Origin: Patescibacteria group bacterium
GTDB lineage: Bacteria; Patescibacteriota; Minisyncoccia; UBA6257; UBA9933
Length of the DNA stretch: 42,141 nucleotides
Reading direction: 5' to 3'
Assembly (NCBI GenBank): GCA_038062875.1
Contig: JBBTWF010000005.1
Location: forward strand, 1 to 42,141
A model generated the notes under the pieces. The model was not told where the DNA came from and searched no databases. It saw nothing but the letters and a program-made list of their open reading frames with translations. The position numbers were made by a program, and so were the translations under genes. Of this stretch, positions 1 to 7,770 are shown piece by piece; position 1 is the stretch's first letter; every line of letters begins with the position of its first letter.

Positions 1-55
1 CGCCTCTGGCGAGCCTCGCCTCTGGCGGGGGTTTTGGGTTTTGGGTTAATAAAAT
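1..55. repeat. GC-rich repeat unit (cgcctctggcgagcctcgcctctggcggggg + ttttgggttttgggtt); copy 1, identical to 790..844
   Basis: Bases 1..55 are identical to 790..844 by direct reading. The unit contains the internal tandem cgcctctggcg x2. This copy supplies the stop codon of the 46..456 ORF. Confidence 0.8.
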
Positions 56-456
56 GGTCTTTTTCCTTCGGCGACATCAACGAGATAAGGCGGCTTAAAT
101 CCTCCTTTGAGCATTAAAAGATAAGCGATTATATCGGAATCCACCTGTCTGCCGAGATTATCAACAAAAAATGCTCTATCGCCGTCAGCGTCAAAAATAA
201 CGCCGAAGTCGGCTTTGTATTTATAAATTGCTGATTGCAAATTGATAATTGCTCCTTTTTTCAGCGGGTCAGGCCCGTGAGCCGGAAAATTGCCGTCTGG
301 GTTTCCGTTGATAATTTTCAATTTTAAATTTTCAATTTTCAATTGACGAACAATTAAACCGGCGGTGCCGTTTGAACAATCAAAAACTATTTTGAGTGGT
401 TTTGCCGGCTTTAAAAATTTTTTAAGAAAATTTACGTAAATTTTTATATAATTCAT
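46..456 (-). pseudogene. Phosphoglucomutase/phosphomannomutase family, domains II-III fragment. It is split from domain I at an ATGA overlap and truncated by the repeat copy at 1..55.
   Basis: Motifs LKIVFDCSNGTAG and GNFPAHGPDPL are typical of alpha-D-phosphohexomutase domains II/III. The ORF starts 4 nt inside the upstream domain-I ORF. No domain IV precedes the stop, which is supplied by the repeat. Confidence 0.6.
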
Positions 457-944
457 ATTAACTTTAAAATTTCTTTGCCGCTAATCGGCACGGCATTTCT
501 ACCAACCACTTTCAATCCATTATAGTTTTTCGGATTATGACTGGCTGTTATCATTATCCCGCCATCGGCGTTTAGTTTATTAACCAAAAAATAAAACATT
601 GGCGTTGTTGTCATTCCGACCGGAATAGTTTTTACCTGCCTGCCGGCAGGCAGGGCTTTTAAGTTTTTTCCGCCTAAGGCGGATCCGCCTCTGGCGGAAG
701 CTTTTAGTGATTTAAGAACGATTTTGTATAAACTTGACGAACTTAATCGAGCGTCGTGGCCGATTACAATTTTAGGTTTTGGGTTTTGCCGCCTCTGGCG
801 AGCCTCGCCTCTGGCGGGGGTTTTGGGTTTTGGGTTAATAAAATAACGTCCAAGAAAACGGCTGATTTTCTCAACCACTTCCTCATTTATTTCAAGCGGG
901 TATTTGCCCCGAATATCGTAGGCGCGAAAAATTTTAGGATTCAT
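453..944 (-). CDS. Phosphoglucomutase/phosphomannomutase domain I (active-site Ser loop TASHNP), carrying two in-frame repeat-derived insertions
   Basis: The sequence contains IFRAYDIRGKYP, GHDARLSS and ITASHNPKNYNGLK. The segments KPKTPARGEARQRRQNPKPK and ASARGGSALGGKN are translations of repeats 778..844 and 672..701. Confidence 0.75.
   Translation of the reverse strand: MNPKIFRAYDIRGKYPLEINEEVVEKISRFLGRYFINPKPKTPARGEARQRRQNPKPKIVIGHDARLSSSSLYKIVLKSLKASARGGSALGGKNLKALPAGRQVKTIPVGMTTTPMFYFLVNKLNADGGIMITASHNPKNYNGLKVVGRNAVPISGKEILKLI
672..701. repeat. GC-rich palindromic repeat gcctaaggcggatccgcctctggcggaagc, with a second copy at 24963..24993 inside xerC/D
   Basis: The core aggcggatccgcct is a perfect 14-bp palindrome. 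A near-identical copy lies inside the recombinase gene and is in-frame in both genes. Confidence 0.75.
778..844. repeat. GC-rich repeat, copy 2 (see 1..55), in-frame inside pmm domain I
   Basis: A 55/55 identity to 1..55 was read directly. It is flanked by gttttgggtttt motifs. Confidence 0.8.
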
Positions 945-957
945 CGTAAATAAATTA

Positions 958-1028
958 TATCATAAATCCCGCACCTTCCCAGAATACCCCGCGGGGTTTG
1001 ATACTCCGTGGGAAGGTGCGGGATAAAA
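958..1028. repeat. Inverted-repeat element with termini AAATCCCGCACCTTCCC / GGGAAGGTGCGGGAT and an internal CCCCGCGGGG palindrome
   Basis: A 15-bp perfect inverted repeat flanks a roughly 30-bp loop. The same terminal motif (aaatcccgcacc ... ggtgcgggat) bounds a second element at 38744..38842. Confidence 0.7.
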
Positions 1029-1030
1029 AC

Positions 1031-1055
1031 AAAAAACCGCCGAAAGGCGGTCGCG
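1031..1055 (-). terminator. Rho-independent terminator (stem accgcc/ggcggt, loop gaaa) after the AbiEii-like gene
   Basis: A GC hairpin is followed on the minus strand by tttttgtttttat, directly downstream of the stop at 1060. Confidence 0.6.
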
Positions 1056-1059
1056 GAAA

Positions 1060-1731
1060 CTACTTAAATACCTTGCCTGAAAGTTTTTCCGCCTCCTTAA
1101 TAAAAAATTCCTGCCACAGTTTTTCATCAAGTTTTTCCAACATTTGAGGATAATCTTTCAGTTCTTTCGCCTTTACATATTGAGCGCCGAGCTGGACGGG
1201 ATCAATATGGTTATCAAATTTTATTTGAGCCTTATCAACCAAAGAATTAATTGTTAATGTCGGATTATCTTTTAGAATCAAATAAAGATCGATAAAATCG
1301 CGGGAACGCGGATTTTGATAAATTGTAAATATCTTATTTGTAGCGATATCAATAAGACTGTCTATAAAAAGCTCGCCGATTTTCTGTTTCCGCTCTATGC
1401 GAGTAAAAGGAAAATAAGTAAATTCCGTCTTTATCACGCCAGTATCGGTGTAAAGAAAAAATAAATTCCTATTGAAGCTTTGCTGGTATTCTACCTTCTT
1501 GACGCCGGCGGCAGTTTGAATTTTCTTTAAAATAACCGAAACACTTTGCGGATCAAATTCTTGTTCGGAGAAAAAATCCAAATCTTCAGATAATCGGTGG
1601 TGGAGATAAAACTCTGCAAGCGCCGTGCCGCCAGTTAAATAGAAATAGGCGCAGATTGACTTCTCTTCAGAGAGAAGTTTTAGAAGTTTTTTCTGATTCT
1701 CAGAGAGAATTGAAGATTGATTTATTCTCAT
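1060..1731 (-). CDS. Nucleotidyltransferase of the AbiEii/DUF1814 family (candidate type IV toxin-antitoxin / abortive-infection toxin)
   Basis: The N-terminal YLTGGTALAEFYLHHRLSEDLDFF is characteristic of the AbiEii nucleotidyltransferase fold. The 4-nt ATGA overlap with the upstream small ORF is typical TA-operon architecture. Confidence 0.65.
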   Translation of the reverse strand: MRINQSSILSENQKKLLKLLSEEKSICAYFYLTGGTALAEFYLHHRLSEDLDFFSEQEFDPQSVSVILKKIQTAAGVKKVEYQQSFNRNLFFLYTDTGVIKTEFTYFPFTRIERKQKIGELFIDSLIDIATNKIFTIYQNPRSRDFIDLYLILKDNPTLTINSLVDKAQIKFDNHIDPVQLGAQYVKAKELKDYPQMLEKLDEKLWQEFFIKEAEKLSGKVFK

Positions 1732-1916
1732 ACAAAGAGAGATAAAAATTTTCTTTTAAAAGGGTCTATATTCACTGTGTCCCAATACTTTTGTAATTCA
1801 TTAATATCAATTTTTTCTTCTCCTAATCCAAAATTAATAAGCTGCTCAAGGCGCCAAATAGAAAATTTTTCCGGATTTTTTCGCAACTCCGAAATATCAG
1901 TAGACCAATTTTTCAT
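1728..1916 (-). CDS. Small 62-aa protein translationally coupled upstream of the AbiEii-like gene; a putative cognate antitoxin or regulator
   Basis: It overlaps the toxin start by 4 nt. No recognisable motif was found, and it is shorter than canonical AbiEi. Confidence 0.35.
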   Translation of the reverse strand: MKNWSTDISELRKNPEKFSIWRLEQLINFGLGEEKIDINELQKYWDTVNIDPFKRKFLSLFV

Positions 1917-1959
1917 AGTTTAATTATATCACAAAAATCAGATAATCACAAACTCAAAA

Positions 1960-2010
1960 TTTTATAATCGTCAAACTCAACGTCCATAAAGTCGGTGCGG
2001 ATGCCGGCGT
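1960..2010. repeat. 51-bp perfect direct repeat, copy 1 (copy 2 at 2311..2361)
   Basis: The sequence ttttataatcgtcaaactcaacgtccataaagtcggtgcggatgccggcgt occurs identically at both sites. The pair flanks a roughly 300-bp segment that carries a 75-aa ORF. Confidence 0.85.
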
Positions 2011-2027
2011 AGCCTTAAAATTTTTAT

Positions 2028-2255
2028 TTATAAATATCCTTTGTTTAAAAAAATTTGTTTTAAAAAATCTTTTTTATCGGTAAAAATAAATTTCGGCTCA
2101 TTTTGATATTTTTTAATGATTTTTTTTATAAAAGACCCTTTATATTCTCCTTCGGGATCTTTTAAAATAAGAAAGACAAGCTCTTTAAGAGTTCTTGTTT
2201 CTTCTTTTAACGCTTTGACTTCTTTATAAATTTTTTCCGCAGTTTGAATAGACAT
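2028..2255 (-). CDS. Hypothetical 75-aa Lys/Glu-rich protein lying between the 51-bp direct repeats
   Basis: This is an ORF only, with no recognisable family. It sits in a duplicated or rearranged segment. Confidence 0.3.
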   Translation of the reverse strand: MSIQTAEKIYKEVKALKEETRTLKELVFLILKDPEGEYKGSFIKKIIKKYQNEPKFIFTDKKDFLKQIFLNKGYL

Positions 2256-2296
2256 AATTTAATACTATATCAAGAATTAAAAATCGTCAATATCTT

Positions 2297-2485
2297 CTAA
2301 AACTTCACGATTTTATAATCGTCAAACTCAACGTCCATAAAGTCGGTGCGGATGCCGGCGTTTGAAGCATTTCTGTTGGAACTCGCGCTCATATTTAATT
2401 CCGTAATTTTGGAAACAGTTTCTTCGTTTATTTCGTTCGGGTATTTGCCCCGAATATCATAGGCGCGGAAGATATTGTTGTCCAT
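2297..2485 (-). pseudogene. Orphan duplicate of the pmm N-terminus (MDNNIFRAYDIRGKYPNEINEE...) followed by unrelated sequence
   Basis: The first roughly 35 aa and the DNA at 2385..2485 closely match 860..944 (the pmm start). The rest of the ORF is the translation of the 51-bp repeat. Confidence 0.6.
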
Positions 2486-2525
2486 TGATTGAATTTTAAC
2501 CTATTTTAGTGTTTAATTAAAGAAA

Positions 2526-4604
2526 ATGTCGCGCTCAAAAAAGAAAAAATTTCAAAACAAAAAACTTTCTGAAAAATTAGGAACCGAGACAGAGGACTCG
2601 CGGCTTCATCCGGAAACCAAAAAAAGCGTCTGGGCGATTGTGTTTTTGGGAATCGCGGTGATTTTTATTTTGGCCAGTTTTCAAAACGCCGGACCGGTCG
2701 GCAACTTTATTTACAAAATTTTTGAAAATTTGTTCGGATGGGGATATTATCTTTTACCGACTATATTTTTGATAATGGCAGGCGTTTTTTTAGCTTCGGA
2801 ACGACGCAAGATTTATCAAATCACATTTATTGGAGCGGTTCTTTTCGTTCTTTCCGGGCTGGGATTGATTGATATAATTTCCCAGAACAAAGGCGGGATA
2901 ATCGGCAATATTATCGGGTCTTTAGAAACCCCTTTCGGCTATACCGCTTCTATTGTGATTATTTCCACCATTCTCGTTGCTTCGCTCCTTATTACTCTTA
3001 ATCTTCCAATCAAAATCAGAAAACTAATAAAATCAGAAGAAAAAGACGAAGAAACCGAACCACTGAAAGTAAGCGGAGTCAACGCTAAGGAGGAAGAAGT
3101 AAAAATCCCGGAAGAAAAAGAAACTATTAAGGAAAAGGTCTCAGCGGCTATCGGGTTAAAACCCAAACAACTGAAAACTGAAAACTTTAGGCCTAAAACC
3201 GACTATATATTCCCTCCATTAGACCTTCTTAAATCGTCCATTGAAAAGCCAACATCCGGCGATTTAAGAGCGAACGCCAATATTATCAAAAGAACTTTGG
3301 AAAGCTTTGGTATCCCAGTTGAAATGGGAGAAATAAATATCGGGCCCAAAGTTACCCGCTTCACTCTCAAGCCCGCCGAAGGCGTTAAATTATCAAAAAT
3401 TCTGGCGCTAAATCAGGATTTGGCTTTGGCTCTGGCGGCGCACCCGATTAGAATTGAAGCGCCGATTCCCGGGAAATCGCTTGTTGGAATTGAAGTGCCG
3501 AATAAGGCCGCGGCTCTTGTCCGGCTCGGCAGTTTAATGGCTTATCCGGAATTCGTTGATTCCGGATTATTGGGCTTTGTTCTCGGAAGAGATGTCAGCG
3601 GCGAACCGATTTTCGCCAATATTGATAAAATGCCCCATCTTTTGATTGCCGGTAGCACCGGTTCCGGAAAATCAATATCCTTACACTCGCTCATTATTTC
3701 TCTTCTTTATAAAAATTCTCCTGAAACGTTAAAGCTCGCATTGATTGACCCGAAACGGGTGGAGCTTTCCATTTACGAAGGCATTCCTCATTTAGTCGCG
3801 CCAGTGGTTACTGAAACAAAAAAAGCGATCGGCGTCTTTAAGTGGGCGATTCAGGAAATGGAACGGCGCTATGAAATGCTTTTAGGAGCCGGCTGCCGCG
3901 ACATCAGCGCGTACAATAAAAAATTTCCCGATGAATCACTTCCTTATTTATTATTGGTAATTGACGAACTTGCCGACTTGATGACAAGTTATGGCCGAGA
4001 AGTTGAGGGTTCTATCGTACGCTTGGCGCAAATGGCTCGGGCTACAGGACTCCATTTAATCGTTTCCACTCAACGGCCTTCTGTGGAAATAATCACCGGA
4101 CTAATTAAAGCCAACATCACTTCAAGAATCGCCCTTCAAGTCCCAAGCCAAGTTGACTCAAGAACGATTCTTGACACATCTGGAGCTGAAAAATTGCTCG
4201 GCGGTGGCGACATGCTTTTCATCTCTTCGGACTTTTCAAAACCGAAAAGAATTCAAGGCGCTTATCTTTCCGAGGAGGAAATAAATAAAGTCGTTAATTT
4301 TATAAAAGAAAATAACAAAGAAATTGAGTCAGAAGAAATATTGCAATTCCCCGTTAACAATGGAGAAAACGGAGAAAATAATCATCTTGCTTTTGACGAT
4401 TATATTAAAAGCGACGATGAAGACGAACTGCTTGACGATGCGCTGAATATAGTAAAAGAGGCCAAAAAGGCATCCGCTTCCCTACTACAACGCCGATTGA
4501 AAATCGGCTATGCCCGAGCCGCCCGACTTCTTGATATAATGGAGGCCAAAGGATTAATCGGTCCAGGCGACGGAGCCAAACCAAGAGAAGTGTATATAGA
4601 ATAA
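2526..4604 (+). CDS. ftsK: DNA translocase FtsK/SpoIIIE
   Basis: The protein has N-terminal TM helices, a Walker A motif (LIAGSTGSGKS) and a C-terminal gamma (winged-helix) domain (LLQRRLKIGYARAARLLD). Confidence 0.95.
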   Translation: MSRSKKKKFQNKKLSEKLGTETEDSRLHPETKKSVWAIVFLGIAVIFILASFQNAGPVGNFIYKIFENLFGWGYYLLPTIFLIMAGVFLASERRKIYQITFIGAVLFVLSGLGLIDIISQNKGGIIGNIIGSLETPFGYTASIVIISTILVASLLITLNLPIKIRKLIKSEEKDEETEPLKVSGVNAKEEEVKIPEEKETIKEKVSAAIGLKPKQLKTENFRPKTDYIFPPLDLLKSSIEKPTSGDLRANANIIKRTLESFGIPVEMGEINIGPKVTRFTLKPAEGVKLSKILALNQDLALALAAHPIRIEAPIPGKSLVGIEVPNKAAALVRLGSLMAYPEFVDSGLLGFVLGRDVSGEPIFANIDKMPHLLIAGSTGSGKSISLHSLIISLLYKNSPETLKLALIDPKRVELSIYEGIPHLVAPVVTETKKAIGVFKWAIQEMERRYEMLLGAGCRDISAYNKKFPDESLPYLLLVIDELADLMTSYGREVEGSIVRLAQMARATGLHLIVSTQRPSVEIITGLIKANITSRIALQVPSQVDSRTILDTSGAEKLLGGGDMLFISSDFSKPKRIQGAYLSEEEINKVVNFIKENNKEIESEEILQFPVNNGENGENNHLAFDDYIKSDDEDELLDDALNIVKEAKKASASLLQRRLKIGYARAARLLDIMEAKGLIGPGDGAKPREVYIE

Positions 4605-4619
4605 AATTTCTAATTTCTA

Positions 4620-5255
4620 ATGAACAACGACCAGCCGAAAAATTTAACAGAGACGTTTCAAGAAGCGCTGGGTCTTCGCGGTTTGAATACTGAAAAATTA
4701 GCCGAACTAACTAATGTTCCTGAAATGTATATTTTGGCTCTTCGCGACGCTAATTTTGAAAAACTTCCGTCCGCTCCTTACGTCCGTGGCTATTTGATGA
4801 AAATCGCCGAAATTTTAAGAATTGACGGCGAAATGCTTTGGCAAACGTATAAAAACGAAAATATCAAAACCTCCGGCGCGAAAGACAAACTCCCTTCCAA
4901 TCGTTTTTTAATAAAGCCGTTGAAAAAAAAGATTTTCATTTTTGGTTTTATCGCGATTTTTGTTATAATTTATTTAATCTGGCAATCTGATAATTTTTTG
5001 GGAACGCCTAAAATTGAGATTATTAATCCAGCTTTTCCGACTGTTATCGTGAATGAACCAAATATGAAACTAAGCGGAGAAACCGACACTCAAAATAAAT
5101 TGACAATAAACAATGAAGAAATTTTTATCGGAAAAGACGGTCGATTTGAAAAAGAAATTTCTCTCCAGCCGGGCATCAATATTATTGAATTTAAAGCCAA
5201 AAAATTATTAGGCAAAGAAACAAAAGTCGTAAGACAAATAATGTACCAACCGTAG
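4620..5255 (+). CDS. rodZ: RodZ-like cytoskeleton protein (N-terminal HTH, single TM, C-terminal domain)
   Basis: It has an N-terminal XRE-type HTH (LAELTNVPEMYILALRDANFEKLPSAPYVRGYL), one TM helix and a C-terminal beta-rich domain. Confidence 0.6.
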   Translation: MNNDQPKNLTETFQEALGLRGLNTEKLAELTNVPEMYILALRDANFEKLPSAPYVRGYLMKIAEILRIDGEMLWQTYKNENIKTSGAKDKLPSNRFLIKPLKKKIFIFGFIAIFVIIYLIWQSDNFLGTPKIEIINPAFPTVIVNEPNMKLSGETDTQNKLTINNEEIFIGKDGRFEKEISLQPGINIIEFKAKKLLGKETKVVRQIMYQP

Positions 5256-5265
5256 CAATCACAGA

Positions 5266-5335
5266 ACTTAGGATTTAGAATATAGGATTTAGGGAATAAC
5301 CACCCCCTAAATTCTAACTCCTAAATTCTAAATTC
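5266..5335. repeat. Imperfect palindrome built from ttaggatttagaatataggatttagggaat units; a likely bidirectional terminator and member of the 'repeat C' family
   Basis: The left arm at 5266..5299 is the near reverse complement of 5305..5335. The same unit recurs in-frame inside folD at about 7297..7340. Confidence 0.65.
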
Positions 5336-5347
5336 TTGTCACATATT

Positions 5348-6349
5348 ATGACCAAACAAAAAGACGTTGAATCAAAACAAGATATTGATAAATTATTAGA
5401 ATCGTTGCAGGAAAAATTCGGCGAGGGCGCGATAATGAAATTGGGCGATATAAAAAAAGTTGACGTGGCGGCGATTTCCACCGGTTCGTTTTCGCTTGAC
5501 TTAGCTTTGGGAGTCGGAGGTTTTCCGCGCGGAAGAATAGTTGAAGTATTTGGCCCGGAAATGTCCGGAAAAAGCACTTTAGCGCTTCACGCCATTGCCG
5601 AAATCCAAAAACAAAACGGCAAAGCCGCTTATATCGACGCGGAACACGCCCTTGATCCGGAATACGCTAAAAAATTAGGCGTAAAAATCAACGACCTTTT
5701 AATTTCCCAGCCGGACAGCGGAGAAGAAGCGTTAAATATCGTGGAAAATCTGGTGCGTTCGGGAATGATTGACGTTATCGTGGTTGATTCGGTCGCGGCT
5801 CTTACTCCTCGAGCGGAAATTGAAGGAGAAATGGGCGCGCAATTCATCGGCTTGCAAGCCAGAATGATGAGCCAGGCCTTAAGAAAACTTACGGCTATTA
5901 CCGACAAAAATAATGTCTTAATAATATTTATCAACCAATTACGGGAAAAAATCGGAATGATGGGTTATGGCGAACCGACAACTACTCCGGGTGGCAGAGC
6001 GCTTAAATTTTATGCTTCAGTCAGAATTGATTTACGCAGAATCGCCCAAATAAAAAAAGGCGAAGATGTGGTTGGAAACCGCACTCGCGCGAAAGTTGTT
6101 AAAAATAAAGTTGCCCCGCCTTTTAAAATTGTGGAATTTGATATTATTTACGGCGAAGGCATTTCTTACGAAGGCGATATTCTGAATACGGCTCTTAAAT
6201 ACGGCGTTGTAACAAAATCCGGGAATACTTATAGTTTCGAGGGAGAAAAAATCGGCGTTGGAATGGAAGCGGCGAGAGAAAAATTAAAAGAAGATAAAAA
6301 ACTCCTTGGTGAAATAAAGAAAAAGGTCTTGACGGTTTTGAAAATTTAA
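5348..6349 (+). CDS. recA: Recombinase RecA
   Basis: The sequence contains [13 protein letters not shown] (Walker A), [19 protein letters not shown] and the L2 loop region. The ATG at 5348 is preferred over the TTG at 5336. Confidence 0.97.
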   Translation: MTKQKDVESKQDIDKLLESLQEKFGEGAIMKLGDIKKVDVAAISTGSFSLDLALGVGGFPRGRIVEVFGPEMSGKSTLALHAIAEIQKQNGKAAYIDAEHALDPEYAKKLGVKINDLLISQPDSGEEALNIVENLVRSGMIDVIVVDSVAALTPRAEIEGEMGAQFIGLQARMMSQALRKLTAITDKNNVLIIFINQLREKIGMMGYGEPTTTPGGRALKFYASVRIDLRRIAQIKKGEDVVGNRTRAKVVKNKVAPPFKIVEFDIIYGEGISYEGDILNTALKYGVVTKSGNTYSFEGEKIGVGMEAAREKLKEDKKLLGEIKKKVLTVLKI

Positions 6350-6397
6350 ATTACTCTTTAATTAGTCATTTAGAATAAATTTATAAAGGAGGTAGGG

Positions 6398-6568
6398 ATG
6401 ATTACTTTTTTGATAAAAATCATTTGCTGGCCGTTTGGTATTCTTCGCGCTTTGCTTTTTTGCTGTTTTGAATTAATTGAACGAGGGATATCAGAATTTT
6501 TCTGGCAGTATGACAAGTTGGATCTTGGCAACAAGCTGATGAGAAAACTATTTAGAAGGGGATTTTAA
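6398..6568 (+). CDS. Small 56-aa hydrophobic protein with a strong SD (AAAGGAGG, 7 nt before ATG)
   Basis: This ORF is not in the supplied track because it is under 60 aa. It has an RBS and a downstream intrinsic terminator. Confidence 0.4.
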   Translation: MITFLIKIICWPFGILRALLFCCFELIERGISEFFWQYDKLDLGNKLMRKLFRRGF

Positions 6569-6582
6569 ACCCCTTCTTTTTT
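6555..6582. terminator. Bidirectional rho-independent terminator (gaagggg-N8-ccccttc + T6)
   Basis: The hairpin and T tract were read directly. It lies between the small ORF and the convergent dgkA stop. Confidence 0.7.
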
Positions 6583-6589
6583 ACAAATT

Positions 6590-6934
6590 TTACAAATATG
6601 GCAGAAAAATTACTAAACCAATAATCGCGGCACCGATACTGACAACCAAAACAACTGCCGCCATTAGGTCTTTAATTATTTTTACTTGTCCGTTGGGAAA
6701 CGGATGAATAAAATCCAAAAGCCGCTCAATAATGGAATTAATAAGCTCTAAAATCAGGACAGAAAAAATCATCAATAGAAGCGCTACCTTTTTAATTCGC
6801 GAAGTTGGAAAATAAAACATCGTTGCCACCACTAAAAAAGCGGTAATAAACATTATTTTAAAACTTCTTTCCTCCAATAAGGTATCTTTAAGACCACTAA
6901 AAGCGGCTATAAAACTATTTTTTAATTTTCGCAT
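6590..6934 (-). CDS. dgkA: Diacylglycerol/undecaprenol kinase family (DgkA)
   Basis: It is a 3-TM protein of about 114 aa with an ELINSxIExxxD motif. Confidence 0.75.
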   Translation of the reverse strand: MRKLKNSFIAAFSGLKDTLLEERSFKIMFITAFLVVATMFYFPTSRIKKVALLLMIFSVLILELINSIIERLLDFIHPFPNGQVKIIKDLMAAVVLVVSIGAAIIGLVIFLPYL

Positions 6935-7770
6935 AATTTATAAAAATTCTCAAAAAGTTTGGCTACCAGTATTGGGCCGGTGCCGCCGGGGGTTGGAGTG
7001 TAAAAATCAGCTTTTAGCTTTGAGTTTTTAGCTTTTAGAGACTCAACATCGAAATCACCGTGAATTTTTCCGTTTTCATCAATAAAATAACCAAAATCAA
7101 TTATTCCTGCGTCGTCTTTTAACATCTCCGGTTTTATAATTCCGGCTTGACCAACGCCAGAAATAACTAAGTCAAAGTTTTTTAACTCCAATAAATCGCT
7201 CCCCTTTCCAAAAATCGCTAATTCTTTCACTTTATCCATCAGCCAAACCGCAATCGGTTTGCCGATTAAAAAACCCGCGCCGACAACGGCTACTTTTTTA
7301 GAATTTAGAATATAGGATTGAGAATTTAGGGAATTTAAGATTTCTTCTACTGTTGCTACCGCTGGTGGTAGCACGAAATTTCTATTGTTATAAAAAGCCC
7401 CCAACGCTCGCTCGCCTAAAACATCAACGTCTTTTTCGCGAGGAATAACGTTGAGAATATAATGCTTATTAATATGTTCCGGCAACGGCAACTGAACAAT
7501 CACTCCCCCGACTCTTTTTAATAAAGCGATTTTGCCGGCTTCTTTTCTTAAATCGTCGTTTTTGATTCCGCCAGCTGGCGGATTCGGAAATTTGTAAATT
7601 CTAAAATCAACGCCCAATTCCTTGGCGACTTTTTCTTTTTGTTTTAAAAAACTTGAAGACGCCGGATTTTCTCCGACCAAAATTACCGCCAAGAATTTTT
7701 TAGGAATTTGTTGCTGTTTTAAATTATCAATAATTTTTTTGGCTATTTCGGCGCCGGAAATTTTTTGCAT
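6922..7770 (-). CDS. folD: Bifunctional methylenetetrahydrofolate dehydrogenase/cyclohydrolase FolD
   Basis: It contains GGVIVQLPLP, YTPTPGGTGP and a Rossmann GAG motif, and carries two small in-frame repeat insertions. Confidence 0.93.
   Translation of the reverse strand: MQKISGAEIAKKIIDNLKQQQIPKKFLAVILVGENPASSSFLKQKEKVAKELGVDFRIYKFPNPPAGGIKNDDLRKEAGKIALLKRVGGVIVQLPLPEHINKHYILNVIPREKDVDVLGERALGAFYNNRNFVLPPAVATVEEILNSLNSQSYILNSKKVAVVGAGFLIGKPIAVWLMDKVKELAIFGKGSDLLELKNFDLVISGVGQAGIIKPEMLKDDAGIIDFGYFIDENGKIHGDFDVESLKAKNSKLKADFYTPTPGGTGPILVAKLFENFYKLCEN

Noticed and set aside
756-953. 65-aa plus-strand ORF overlapping pmm
   Set aside because: It is the translation of the GC-rich repeat on the strand opposite a well-supported PMM domain I and has no independent support.
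2939-3166. Antisense ORFs inside ftsK, recA, gyrA, pnp, the S1 gene and others (for example 2939..3166, 5629..5934, 18172..18411, 19246..19791, 27992..28423)
   Set aside because: They lie wholly within well-supported genes on the opposite strand, have low-complexity composition and no family resemblance. They are typical shadow ORFs.
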